Shown: positions 30,287 through 40,361, counted from the first letter of the stretch. The stretch is 64,000 nt of DNA from Myxococcota bacterium (GCA_039194325.1 JBCCWC010000003.1:172299-236298), one strand, 5' to 3'. Program-made: numbers and translations. Notes: generated by a model not told the origin, from the letters alone.

Positions 30287-32011
30287 ATGGAGAGGGGAAC
30301 GGTGACCGCCTGCCTGGCGCTGTCGCTGGCGGCAATGCCCGCTTGCTACTCCGGCGTGGGCCTGGACAACCTCGACGTCGGGATCGGTACCGGTCCCGGC
30401 GGGGGCACTGATGATGATGACGCGGGCAGCGAGGACGATGGTCCGCCGCCTGCGGCCGCATGCCTGGAAGGGGGCGTCGGGGAGCAGCCGCTGCGTCGCC
30501 TGACCCGCTCCCAGTACAACAACGTCGTTCGTGATCTCCTGGGGATCGAAGGCGATCCCGCGGCGGTATTCCCCGCCGACGAGAAGCTGGGATCCTTCTA
30601 CAGCAACGGGGTCGCCCCGGTCAGCGATCTGCTGGTCGAGCAGTACATGGACGTGGCCGAGGAGCTGGCCACGGAGGCGGTGACCGACCTGGGGACGCTG
30701 CTGCCTTGTGACCCGGGGATGATGGGCGAGGACGCGTGCGCCGACGAGTTCATCGAGAGCTTCGGGCGCCGGGCGCTTCGGCGGCCGCTCGAAGCGGCCG
30801 AGTTGCAGCAGCTACGCGACCTGTTCGCCACGGGTCGTGACGAGGAGAGCTTCGACGACGGGATCCGCTTGGTGGTGCAGGCGCTGCTCCAGTCGCCGTA
30901 CCTGCTGTACCACGTGGAGTTGGGCGTAGAGCCGGGCGTGGAGCCGGGCGAGCCCGCGGGCGCCGGCGAGCTCAAGGCACCGCTCGGCCAGTACGAGCTG
31001 GCCTCCCGGCTGTCGTTCTTCCTTTGGGACACCATGCCCGACGACGATCTGCTCGACGCGGCGGACGCATCCGAGCTGAGCACGCCCGAGCAGCTGCGGG
31101 CTCAGGCGGAGCGAATGCTCGCCGACCCGCGCGCCCGCGATGCGATCGCGTCGTTCCATCTACAGTGGATGGGGATCGACGATCTCGCGGGATCCGAGAA
31201 GGATCCGGATCTGTTCCCCGGGTACGACCAGGCCCTCAAGCAGGCCATGGAGGATGAGACGGCCAACTTCGCCAACTGGGTGATCCTGGAGGGCGACGGC
31301 CGCCTTGAGACCCTGCTGAGCGCGCCGATGAGCGTGATCGACGGCCCGCTCTTCGAGCTCTACGGCATGGAGCCGCCGGCGGACTACGTGCCCGGAGAGC
31401 CGGTGGATCTGCCCGCGGACGAGCGCGCGGGGCTGCTCACCCACGCCAGCGTGCTGGCCAAGAACGCCCACGTCGACCAGAGCTCGCCGGTGCACCGCGG
31501 GGTGATGGTGCGCCAGAACGTGATGTGCCAGGCGCTGCCTCCGGCTCCCGAAGACGTGGACAACGTGCCCCCCGATCCCGACCCGAACGCGACCACCCGG
31601 GAGCGCTTCGCGGAGCACCTCGAGAACGAGGCGTGCGCCGAGTGTCACCGGCTGATCGACGGGATCGGCTTTGGCTTCGAGCACTACGACGCGGTCGGGG
31701 CCTACCGCACGAAGGAGGGCGATCTGCCGGTCGACGCTACCGGCGAGGTCATCGCGGCCGGCGAGTCCGACGGCCCCTTCGACGGCGCGGTCGAGCTGGC
31801 CCAGCGCCTGGCCGTGAGCGATGTGGTGCGCCAGTGCACGTCCCAACAATGGTTCAACTTCGCGCTGGGGCGCGTGCCTGGTGAGGAGGACGAGTGCTCG
31901 ACCGACCAGCTCCACCAGACCTTCGTCGATAGCGACTACGACGTTCGGGAGCTAATCTTCGCCGTCGTAACCACCGACGCCTTCCGCTTCCGCAAGCTGT
32001 CCGCGGAGTAG
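30287..32011 (+). CDS. DUF1592/DUF1588/DUF1585-type (PSD/PSCyt) lipoprotein
   Basis: LRRLTRSQYNN, YELASRLSFFLW, SPVHRG, CAECH, GFGFEHYDAVG. Confidence 0.9.
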   Translation: MERGTVTACLALSLAAMPACYSGVGLDNLDVGIGTGPGGGTDDDDAGSEDDGPPPAAACLEGGVGEQPLRRLTRSQYNNVVRDLLGIEGDPAAVFPADEKLGSFYSNGVAPVSDLLVEQYMDVAEELATEAVTDLGTLLPCDPGMMGEDACADEFIESFGRRALRRPLEAAELQQLRDLFATGRDEESFDDGIRLVVQALLQSPYLLYHVELGVEPGVEPGEPAGAGELKAPLGQYELASRLSFFLWDTMPDDDLLDAADASELSTPEQLRAQAERMLADPRARDAIASFHLQWMGIDDLAGSEKDPDLFPGYDQALKQAMEDETANFANWVILEGDGRLETLLSAPMSVIDGPLFELYGMEPPADYVPGEPVDLPADERAGLLTHASVLAKNAHVDQSSPVHRGVMVRQNVMCQALPPAPEDVDNVPPDPDPNATTRERFAEHLENEACAECHRLIDGIGFGFEHYDAVGAYRTKEGDLPVDATGEVIAAGESDGPFDGAVELAQRLAVSDVVRQCTSQQWFNFALGRVPGEEDECSTDQLHQTFVDSDYDVRELIFAVVTTDAFRFRKLSAE

Positions 32012-32016
32012 TAGCC

Positions 32017-33357
32017 ATGCGCACGCCGAGCCGATCGCCCATCAACCCTCGCTTCTCACGGCGCGCCTTGCTGGGCAGCCTGGGAGCGACCGCCGCTCTG
32101 GCCCCCTTTGTGCCCTTGCTCGAGACGCAGGCCGCCGAGGGCCCCCCGCTGCGCCTTTGCCTGATGTTCTCCGCCAACGGCACGATCCGCGACGCCTGGC
32201 TGCCCAGCGGATCGGTGAACGACTTCGTGCTCGGGCCGATCCTCTCGCCGCTCGAGTCGATCCGCGACGAGATCGTCGTGATCGACGGCCTGCGCTACAA
32301 CAACGGCGGGGCGGGCAACCGGCACATGTCGGGGCCGAGCAAGTTCACCTGCGGCACGGGTCTGCTCGACGGCGGCGAGTTCTCGGGCGGTGGTGACGCG
32401 AGCAGCGGCTGGGGCGGTGGCACCTCGATCGACCAGGTCTATGCCGAGCAGTCGGGCAAGCAGACCCCCTTCAAGTCGCTGGAGCTGGGCGTGCGGGTCA
32501 ACTCGGCCAACCCGCGGACCCGCCTGTCCTACTCGGGGCCCAACCAGCCGATCCCGCCCGAGAGCGACCCCTCGGAGGTCTTTGGCCGCCTGTTCGCCGA
32601 GTTTGGGCAGGACCAGGCGACGATCGCCAAGCTCAAGGCCGAGCGTCGCAGCGTGCTCGATGTGGTCAAGAGCCAGGCCGACGCCCTCGAGCAGAAGCTG
32701 GGCAGCGCCGACCGCGAGAAGCTCGAGGCTCACCTCGATGGCCTCGGCGAGATCGAAAAGCGCCTCGACCTCGATTCCAACGTGGGCGCCGCGTGCGAGG
32801 TGCCCGACATCGGCGACCCGCCCGACCACAACTCGAGCGCCAACTACCCGGAGATCACCCGCCTGCAGCTGGATCTGCTGGTCATGGCCTTCGCGTGCGA
32901 CCTGACCCGGTCGTCTACCTTCATGTGGAACGGCTCGACCAGCGGTCAGACCTTCCCCTGGCTAGACATCAGCGAGAGCCACCACGACCTCAGCCACGAG
33001 GGCGACAGCAACGAGGACGCCCAGAACAAGCTCGTCCAGATCAACACCTGGTACGCCGAGCAGTTCGCGTACTTCGTCGATCGTCTGCGGCAGATCCCCG
33101 AGGGTGACGGGACCATGCTCGACAACACGATCGTGCTGTGGGGCAACGAGCTGGGCAAGGGCAACAACCACACCCACAACCAGATCCCCTTCGTGATGGC
33201 CGGCGGGCGCAACACCGGGATCACGCCAGGGCGCTTCTTGCAATTCGACGGGGTCGAGAACAATCGCTTGCTGGTCTCGGTGCTCAACGCGCTGGGGATC
33301 GACGTAGACACCTACGGCGAGCTCGACAATGGGAGCGGGCCGCTACCGGGGCTGTGA
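32017..33357 (+). CDS. DUF1552 (HXXSHH) Tat-exported protein
   Basis: SRRALL Tat motif; AFACDLTR; HHDLSH; GTMLDNT. Confidence 0.9.
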   Translation: MRTPSRSPINPRFSRRALLGSLGATAALAPFVPLLETQAAEGPPLRLCLMFSANGTIRDAWLPSGSVNDFVLGPILSPLESIRDEIVVIDGLRYNNGGAGNRHMSGPSKFTCGTGLLDGGEFSGGGDASSGWGGGTSIDQVYAEQSGKQTPFKSLELGVRVNSANPRTRLSYSGPNQPIPPESDPSEVFGRLFAEFGQDQATIAKLKAERRSVLDVVKSQADALEQKLGSADREKLEAHLDGLGEIEKRLDLDSNVGAACEVPDIGDPPDHNSSANYPEITRLQLDLLVMAFACDLTRSSTFMWNGSTSGQTFPWLDISESHHDLSHEGDSNEDAQNKLVQINTWYAEQFAYFVDRLRQIPEGDGTMLDNTIVLWGNELGKGNNHTHNQIPFVMAGGRNTGITPGRFLQFDGVENNRLLVSVLNALGIDVDTYGELDNGSGPLPGL

Positions 33358-33403
33358 GCTGTAGCGAGCCGACCGGGCCGCGGCCACCGGGGGGGTGCCG
33401 CGG

Positions 33404-34315
33404 TCAGGTCGGCCCGTCTGCACCGGGCAAGAAGCCCGCGGCCACCAGTGAGGGGGCGCCCGCGGTGCGGCGCCCAAACGCGAGCAATTGCGCAAAGGGG
33501 ACGTGCATCGTCCGACGTGCGTCGACCCAAAAGCCGGGGTGTGGGTCTTCGACGACTCGTCGCCGTGAGAGCGAGGCGTGGATCACGGTGGTCCCGGTCC
33601 CGATCCCCACATGGCATCGAGCCTCGCGGTCACTCCATACGAACGAGAGATCTCCAGGACCCCGGCCTTCGCCCGGCCGTGGGGCGATCTGCAGCTGGTC
33701 GCTAGAGTGTCGCGGCACGATGATGCCCAGCGTCTGTCGGCATAGCCGCTGCACGAGCGCCGAGCAGTCGATCCCGTCGGTCGTGATTCCGCCCAGTCGG
33801 TAGGGCGTGCCGATCCATGGCCGGGCGGCGTCGATCAGCGCGAAGGGGTCGTCGTGGTGCGGAGCCACGAGCACTGGAGCCTCCACCACGGGGCCCAGAG
33901 GCTCGTCCAGCCAGCCCACGGTGCCATCACGGCCGCGCACGACCACCGCGCTGACGCGCTCTCCCAGGCGCTGCACCGGGCCGTCCTCGGGCCGTAGCTC
34001 GGTGGCCAGGCGTCGCGTGGGGTCGACGATTGGGCAGGTGGTTTGCAAGGAGGCGGGGCCCACGAGCGCATGCCACCGCCCGCCGGCCATCACCCGGAGC
34101 TCGTGTGTGTCGATCTCCACCGATGGCACGACCTCTCGCACCGCGGCGATCACTCGGGGGAACAGCCGCGCGACCGCGAGTTCACCGCGCAAGCGCAGGT
34201 GTCCGGTCGAGCGGTCGACGTCGACGGTGATCTCCAGGTGGGTCCACCCGTGTCGGGCTTGCAATGCGTCCCGTAGGGCGTCGAGCCGGGCCCGTACGGC
34301 CTGCTCTGTGCTCAC
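33404..34315 (-). CDS. NlpC/P60 (C40) peptidase
   Basis: GTPYRLGG...GIDCSALV...HVGI...IHAS; GTGA overlap with Mur ligase. Confidence 0.88.
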   Translation of the reverse strand: MSTEQAVRARLDALRDALQARHGWTHLEITVDVDRSTGHLRLRGELAVARLFPRVIAAVREVVPSVEIDTHELRVMAGGRWHALVGPASLQTTCPIVDPTRRLATELRPEDGPVQRLGERVSAVVVRGRDGTVGWLDEPLGPVVEAPVLVAPHHDDPFALIDAARPWIGTPYRLGGITTDGIDCSALVQRLCRQTLGIIVPRHSSDQLQIAPRPGEGRGPGDLSFVWSDREARCHVGIGTGTTVIHASLSRRRVVEDPHPGFWVDARRTMHVPFAQLLAFGRRTAGAPSLVAAGFLPGADGPT

Positions 34316-35538
34316 GCGTCCGCGACCCCTGTCAGCCGCCGCACCTCGTCTCGATCGGAGAACGGCAGCGTCTCGCCGCCCACTTCTTGGCCGGTCTCGT
34401 GCCCTTTGCCGGCCACCACCACCACGTCGCCCGAGCGCGCCAGGTCGAGCGCACGTTCGATCGCCAGCCGGCGGTCGAGGCGGATCTCCACCCGTGCGCG
34501 CCCGCCGACCTCCACCCCTTCGACGAGCATCTGCGCGATCTGCTGGGGATCTTCGTCGCGCGGGTTGTCGTTGGTCACGATCGCCACGTCGGCGCGGTTG
34601 CCTACCGCTTCGCCCATGGGCAGGCGCTTGCCCGGCGAGCTGTCTCCGCCCGCGCCAAAGACCACGATGACGTCGCCCGTGGCGAGGCCGCGGGCCGTCT
34701 CGCAGGTACGGGCGAGGGCGTCGGGGGTGTGGGCATAGTCGACGACGACCACCGGCTCGTGGCTGAGGACCTCGAAGCGACCGGGCACGGGCGGGCAGCG
34801 AGCCAGGCCGTCGGCGACCTGCTCGCCGCACAGGCCGGCGGCCAGCGCTGCCGTGGCGGCGGCCAGCGCGTTCTCGGCGTAGACGTCTCCCACCATGCGC
34901 ACCTGGAGCTCGCCGCCGAGGGCCTCGGCCGCCGGCGAGGGGGCCAGCTGAACGAAGGTGCCCGTGGGATCGACGCCCACCGAGGCCGCGGTCAGGTCGG
35001 CCTGGTGCTGGAGCGGGCTGCGGGTGGGGGCGCCATACCAGTGGCGATCGACGTCGCCGGGGATCACTCGGTCGAGCAGTAGGCAGTGGCGATCGGCCGC
35101 ATTGAGCACCGCGACGCGACCGGGCCCCAAGTGGGTGAACAGCTGGGCCTTGGAGGCGAGGTAGTGCTCCCACGAGCCATGGGTCGATAGGTGCTCGGGT
35201 GAGAGGTTGGTGAACACGCCCATGTCGAAGCGCCAGCGCTTGGCGTACCCCTCGGCGAGGCTCTTGCTTGTGCACTCGACCACGGCCCAACGTCCGTCCA
35301 CATCGCGTAGCGCGGCGCATGCATCGACAAAGCCCCTCGCGCTGTGTGGGAGGTCGAGTGGCCGGCCATCGAGGAAGGTCCCCACCGTACTCACGCCCAG
35401 GGCATGCGAGCCGGTGGCGGCGATCACCGAGGTCAGCAGGTGCACGGTGGAGGTCTTGCCGTTGGTCCCCGTAACTCCAAAGGTAAAGAAGTCCTGCGCC
35501 CACGGTACGGGGGCGGGGGTAGGTCGCTCGATCTCCAC
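34312..35538 (-). CDS. MurE-like Mur ligase lacking the N-terminal domain
   Basis: GVTGTNGKTST, FTNLSPEHL, PGRFE, VDYAHTPDAL, DNPR, AGKGHE. Confidence 0.88.
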   Translation of the reverse strand: MEIERPTPAPVPWAQDFFTFGVTGTNGKTSTVHLLTSVIAATGSHALGVSTVGTFLDGRPLDLPHSARGFVDACAALRDVDGRWAVVECTSKSLAEGYAKRWRFDMGVFTNLSPEHLSTHGSWEHYLASKAQLFTHLGPGRVAVLNAADRHCLLLDRVIPGDVDRHWYGAPTRSPLQHQADLTAASVGVDPTGTFVQLAPSPAAEALGGELQVRMVGDVYAENALAAATAALAAGLCGEQVADGLARCPPVPGRFEVLSHEPVVVVDYAHTPDALARTCETARGLATGDVIVVFGAGGDSSPGKRLPMGEAVGNRADVAIVTNDNPRDEDPQQIAQMLVEGVEVGGRARVEIRLDRRLAIERALDLARSGDVVVVAGKGHETGQEVGGETLPFSDRDEVRRLTGVADA

Positions 35539-35625
35539 GCTGAGATCAGAGTAGCCGATCCGGGTGAGTCGCGGTGGGTCGGACCGAGCCGAGGCGAGCT
35601 CGAGGCGAGCCGCGGCGGGTCGGGC

Positions 35626-37215
35626 TCAGGGCCGCAGCTGCACGACCCCGAGCCGGGTCGCGCGATCGAGCAGCCGTAGGGCGACCTCGTGACTCGCGTT
35701 GTCGTGCCGGCGGTCGGCGGGCAGGGGCACGTCGCCCGAGGCGATCATCGAGGCCAGCTCGTCCTGGCCGGTGCCGCGCTTGGACAGCACCTCGGAGACG
35801 GAGACCGAGAGCATGGGGATCGACGCTGGCGGCTGCGGGTCGCCGAGCAGCCGCGGATCGATCGCGCTGGACAGGTCGTTGGTCTCGAGGACCCGCTGGG
35901 TGATAGGCGGCAGCTCGAAGCGATGGGTGATCGTCGAGAGCACGGAGACGTGGTCGACCACCGTGCTGTTGATGCAACCACGGCGGACGAAGGGACCGAT
36001 CGCCAGCGAAGGCACCCGGTGCCCCAGCTGCTGGAAGGGCTCGAGGGGGTCGAAGGTCCCCGGAGGGCTGACGTGGTCGAAGAACCCGCCGTGCTCGTCG
36101 TAGGTGATGATGAGCAAGCAGCTGTTCCAGTGCGGGCTCTGGGCCAGGGCTTGGTAGATGCTGCCGAGGAAGATCTGCCCCAGCGTGATGTCGTGCGAGG
36201 GGTGGTCGTCGTTGCCTCCTTCGCCCCCCGGCAGCAGCCCGAAGTTGGGATCGATGATGCTGAACTGGGGCAGGGTGCCCGCGGCCGCGGCATCGAAGAA
36301 CTCGTCGATCGACTCGGTATAAGACGCCAAGGGGCTGACGAAGCCGCCCCAGGCCCACGCCACGTCGGAGTAGTAATTGGCGTGGCTGATGCCCGCGTCG
36401 CCCAGAAGCTCCCAGATCGTGGTCAGGCCGGGCTCGGGGAAGTTCTCCTGCTGTCCGCCCGAGGTCCCGGCGTGCAGGTGGAAACGATTGGGCCACGTGC
36501 CGGCCATCGCCGAGCCGAACCAGTGGTCGAAGAGGGTGTAGTGGTCGGCCAGCGCGTAGAGCACCGGCAGCTGGCTGCGGACGTGGAAGCCCATCACCTC
36601 GTGGTGTGACCCCGGGTGCACTTGCTCGTGCACGATGACGAAGCCGTCGTTGGCGCCCATGTTCCACTGCAAGTGGCAGTCGACCCACTGGTGCGGGGGA
36701 TCGGCGGGGGTCAGGTTGTCCATCGGGAACACGCCGATCGGCGTGCCGTCGATCCGCGGGTTGGTCTCCTCGCCGGTGAGGCCCTCGAGGGTCCAGCCCT
36801 CGCGGAAGGTGGCCGAGCCGAAGTAGTGATCGGTGGAGCGGTTCTCCATCATCACCACGACGACGGTGTCGATCCCGGCGAGCAATTCCTGTGGAGCGAG
36901 GCCGAGGTTGTCGGCCCCGCACTCGTCGAAGCGCTCGCCGCTGCTGTCTTCGTCTGCGCTACCGTCGCCCGAGGTCGTGTTGTGGCTGGTGCCTTGGGGG
37001 CCGGTAGAGTCGACGGATTCCGCCGAGCTGGCGGCCGAGCTGGCGGACGAGCTGGCGGCCCCGGTCGACGGATCGGCTCCGCTGCTGGTGTCGAAGCCGT
37101 CGCCGAGGCTTTCGGCTCCACATCCGACGCCGGTCGTTCCCAGGACGGCGCCCATGCCCTGGAGGGTTCGACGTCGGGTCAATCCCCGGGTGTCGTCGTC
37201 GTTGTTGGCCACCAC
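35626..37215 (-). CDS. Tat-exported phosphoesterase (PlcH/AcpA phospholipase C family)
   Basis: TRRRTL; MMENRSTDHYFG, TWPNR, DDHP, YDEHGGFFDHV, GHRVP. Confidence 0.9.
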   Translation of the reverse strand: MVANNDDDTRGLTRRRTLQGMGAVLGTTGVGCGAESLGDGFDTSSGADPSTGAASSSASSAASSAESVDSTGPQGTSHNTTSGDGSADEDSSGERFDECGADNLGLAPQELLAGIDTVVVVMMENRSTDHYFGSATFREGWTLEGLTGEETNPRIDGTPIGVFPMDNLTPADPPHQWVDCHLQWNMGANDGFVIVHEQVHPGSHHEVMGFHVRSQLPVLYALADHYTLFDHWFGSAMAGTWPNRFHLHAGTSGGQQENFPEPGLTTIWELLGDAGISHANYYSDVAWAWGGFVSPLASYTESIDEFFDAAAAGTLPQFSIIDPNFGLLPGGEGGNDDHPSHDITLGQIFLGSIYQALAQSPHWNSCLLIITYDEHGGFFDHVSPPGTFDPLEPFQQLGHRVPSLAIGPFVRRGCINSTVVDHVSVLSTITHRFELPPITQRVLETNDLSSAIDPRLLGDPQPPASIPMLSVSVSEVLSKRGTGQDELASMIASGDVPLPADRRHDNASHEVALRLLDRATRLGVVQLRP

Positions 37216-37379
37216 CGTCGAGGATATCCCGCGGGCGGTTTTGGCTCGGTGCGCAAGATCTTCGAGAGAGCGTCGGGTTCGGCCTTACGGTGAGTGGCGG
37301 GGTTGCACTCGTAGGCCGTGATTCGAGCGTGGGAGCCCGTCCGCCTCGGCACCTCGGGGACGGAGCTCGGGTGCGAGGC

Positions 37380-37616
37380 CTAGAACGTGAAGTGCTGCGA
37401 GATGATCTCGTCCGGGTCACGCTGCGTCTTTACCGCCGGCTCGGGACGCGGTTCGACCTTCTCGGGGACGGGCACGTTGGCTTCGTCCAGACGACTGGCG
37501 ATGATGTCTTCGAGGTACCCGCTGACGCTCATGCCTTGCGACTCGCAGAAGTTCTTGAGCCGTTGGTACGTGATGCCTTTGACCGAGATGCTCCTGCGCG
37601 TTTGTCGCTTTGCCAT
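37380..37616 (-). CDS. Small ribbon-helix-helix-like DNA-binding protein (78 aa)
   Basis: RRSISV beta-strand plus two amphipathic helices (GITYQRLKNFCESQG; SVSGYLEDII); purine-rich RBS. Confidence 0.72.
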   Translation of the reverse strand: MAKRQTRRSISVKGITYQRLKNFCESQGMSVSGYLEDIIASRLDEANVPVPEKVEPRPEPAVKTQRDPDEIISQHFTF

Positions 37617-37682
37617 GGTCCGCTCTCTCTTCGATACGACTAGTACCCGTAGAACACTGCACCCCCGCACGCAAGGGTCATT

Positions 37683-37730
37683 CCACAACATATTGTGGCG
37701 CGTGGTGGGCGCCACCACAACATCCTGTGG
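37683..37730. promoter_or_regulatory. Tandem NrdR-like boxes, 32 bp apart
   Basis: CCACAACATATTGTGG (37683-37698) and CCACAACATCCTGTGG (37715-37730). Confidence 0.65.
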
Positions 37731-38466
37731 ATAAAGGAGCCGAATCGATCGAAATCCTTGGTGAACTCCAAGAATTGAAGGCTGTTTGTGTACTGGTGTA
37801 TTTACCATTCAAAATATAGACTTTTTCAACATTTTTGAAGGGTAGGGAGAAGATCTCCGAGATCTCTTCGAGGAGATCTCCATCCTGGTCGATTTTTTGC
37901 AGCACTTCGATGTGAGGTAAGGCGCAGCTTGCGGAGGTTCGAGACTGAACACTCATGAGGCTTCTGGTGGGTCTCTGGTGAGCCGGTTTGTGGGCTTTTA
38001 GTTGCGCAATATCGCGCACCGTTGCCTCGCTGTTGCTCTTTTTCGTGCAGGAGGGGCGGCAATGGCGCGAATGACTCCTCCGGCGTCGATTGGGGACTCG
38101 ATGACCAGGGGTTCGGCGACTTGGAGCCTCGTGGTCGACCGCTCGGGGTTCGGGACCGGTGAGCCGACGTGATCGTCTCCACCGGCCCGGCCGCCGCGGA
38201 ATCGCGGCAGGCGCCATGGGCGGCGATGGGGTTGTTGGCGACGAGCTCTCGCTTGGCGATGAAGGATCTCAAAGCCCGCGAAGCCTACGAAGCGTGCAAT
38301 GGGATCGGCCGATCCGAGTGGTCCAGGGTAAGTGCGGTCGAGCCGGTGGGTCGGGGTATGCCCCAAGACCCGATGGCCATCGGTGATCGTCACGACGGTT
38401 TCGCGTATGGTGAGTGCACCCGTTCGGCCGTTTGCGGCGGTCCGACCCCCCTACCTCGCGGGTCCG

Positions 38467-40302
38467 ATGGAAGCCGAGCCTGAAACCAAGGTCATCGAGC
38501 GTGAGTCCGAGACCAAGGACCAGTCTGCTCTGGTGCCCGACGCACTCGCGGTAGGCAAGACGGTCGGGCGCTATGAGTTGATCCATCGGCTGGGTCACGG
38601 CGGGATGGCAACGGTGTATCTCGGCCGTGCGACCGGTCGAGCCGGTTTCGAAAAGCTAGTGGCGGTGAAGGTGATTCACCCACACCTTGCGGCCGAGTCC
38701 GAGTTCGTCGAGATGTTCTTGGACGAGGCTCGCATCGCGGCCCGCTTGCACCACCCGCATGTGGTCGAGATCCACGATCTGGGCGAGGCGGACGGCTTGT
38801 TCTTCATGGTGATGGAGTATGTCGAGGGCGAGACCCTGGCGTCGTTGCTCCGTCAGCTCCGCAAGCACGGTGAGCGCCTGCCGCTGACCGCTGTGCTACG
38901 GGTGGTGGCCGACGCGTGCGAAGGCCTCGCCGCGGCCCACGACCTGACCCATGCGGATGGTCGCCCGATGGACCTGGTCCATCGTGACGTGTCGCCGCAT
39001 AACTTGCTGGTTGGCATGGACGGTCGGGTCAAGGTGGTGGACTTCGGGATCGCCAAGGCCACCGGGCGTCGCAGCAGCACTCGCACCGGTCAGCTGCGAG
39101 GAAAGCTGGCCTATATGTCCCCTGAGCAGGCCGGCGGCGATCCGATCGACCATCGCACCGATCTGTTCGCCCTGGGGACGGTGCTGTGGGAGCTATTGAC
39201 CAACGAGCGGCTGTTCACGGCCGACACCGAGTCGGAGACCCTGGCTCGCGTGAGCGCCTGCCGGGTGCCCGACATCCGGGAGCATTGCGATGGCATGCCG
39301 CCGGGCGTGGTCTCGCTGATCGAGCGGGCCTTGGCCCGGGATCGTGACGATCGCTTCCCCACCGCAGCGCACATGCTTCGTGAGCTGCGGGTGCAATTGC
39401 GGGCCTTGGACGACGAGATCGATCCGCGTGAGGAGCTGTCGGCGGTGATGGAGCGGCTGTTCTCTGCGCGCGTGGGGTACATCCGTGCCGCGGTGCGCCG
39501 CGCTAGCACGTCGGGTCCGCGGTTGTCGGCGGCCAACGATCCCCTCTCGCCTGAGGATGTCACCCGGGCCACCGCTAGGCCCTCGGAGACATCAGACGTG
39601 AGGGTCGCGCGTCGCTCGACCGGCTCGTTGCCCGTGGTCGGGAACACGACCGGCACCAACACCCACACCCTCACCGCGAGCTTGGCCGCGGCTCCGGCCC
39701 GGCACTGGAGCCTGTGGCTGTTGCTGCCGCTGGTGGGGGCCGCGGTGGGGGCCGCCATGGTCACCAATGGATTCGGTCGAGACGCCCCCCAGCCCACACC
39801 GATGGTGTCGTCGAACCCGCCGCAGGTCACCCGGAGCGATGGCGGCGAGGGGCCGGACAAGGCCAAGGCGCTGTCGCCGGAGCCGGCCATGATCAAGTGG
39901 CACTTCGACACCGATCCCGCCGGGGCGACGATCACCCTCGACGGCAAAGTGCAAGCGCAGCCCACTCCGGTCATGGTCGAGCTACCTCGAGGCGAGAACG
40001 CGATCACGGTGCTGGTATCCAAGGAGGGCTACAAGACGTTCACGTGGCATTTGGTGCCGATGGCCTCCGACAATTTCAACTATCGGCTGCGCCCGATCCC
40101 GGCCGTCGCCGAGGAGACCAAGCCCAAGGGGAGCCGGCATCGGTTCAAGCCCCGGGGATCCAAGCCCAAGGGGAGCCACAAGGGCAAGCCCGCCGGCGAC
40201 AAGTCGGCGTCCACCGCGTCCCATCCCGATGATGGAGGCAATGACCTGCCTCCCATGCCCGAGTTCGACAAGATCGGCGGCACCGGTACTCCGGTCCCCT
40301 AA
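38467..40302 (+). CDS. Ser/Thr kinase with TM and PEGA-like C-terminal domain
   Basis: LGHGGMA, HRDVSPHN, DFG, GKLAYMSPE; TDPAGATITLDG...KEGY. Confidence 0.93.
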   Translation: MEAEPETKVIERESETKDQSALVPDALAVGKTVGRYELIHRLGHGGMATVYLGRATGRAGFEKLVAVKVIHPHLAAESEFVEMFLDEARIAARLHHPHVVEIHDLGEADGLFFMVMEYVEGETLASLLRQLRKHGERLPLTAVLRVVADACEGLAAAHDLTHADGRPMDLVHRDVSPHNLLVGMDGRVKVVDFGIAKATGRRSSTRTGQLRGKLAYMSPEQAGGDPIDHRTDLFALGTVLWELLTNERLFTADTESETLARVSACRVPDIREHCDGMPPGVVSLIERALARDRDDRFPTAAHMLRELRVQLRALDDEIDPREELSAVMERLFSARVGYIRAAVRRASTSGPRLSAANDPLSPEDVTRATARPSETSDVRVARRSTGSLPVVGNTTGTNTHTLTASLAAAPARHWSLWLLLPLVGAAVGAAMVTNGFGRDAPQPTPMVSSNPPQVTRSDGGEGPDKAKALSPEPAMIKWHFDTDPAGATITLDGKVQAQPTPVMVELPRGENAITVLVSKEGYKTFTWHLVPMASDNFNYRLRPIPAVAEETKPKGSRHRFKPRGSKPKGSHKGKPAGDKSASTASHPDDGGNDLPPMPEFDKIGGTGTPVP

Positions 40303-40361
40303 GAGCGATGCCCGCGCCCGGCCCATCGTAGACTTCGATGGTTCGTCGTAGACTCGGACGC

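Noticed and set aside
34316..35503. 699-aa N-terminally extended NlpC/P60 ORF
   Set aside because: The extension overlaps the Mur ligase out of frame. The GTG at 34315 gives a coupled start.
37680..37900. Chromosomal oriC
   Set aside because: Only one consensus DnaA box, and no dnaA/dnaN/gidA context.
37678..38466. Small ORFs in the long intergenic region
   Set aside because: Atypical codon usage, no motifs, mutually overlapping.
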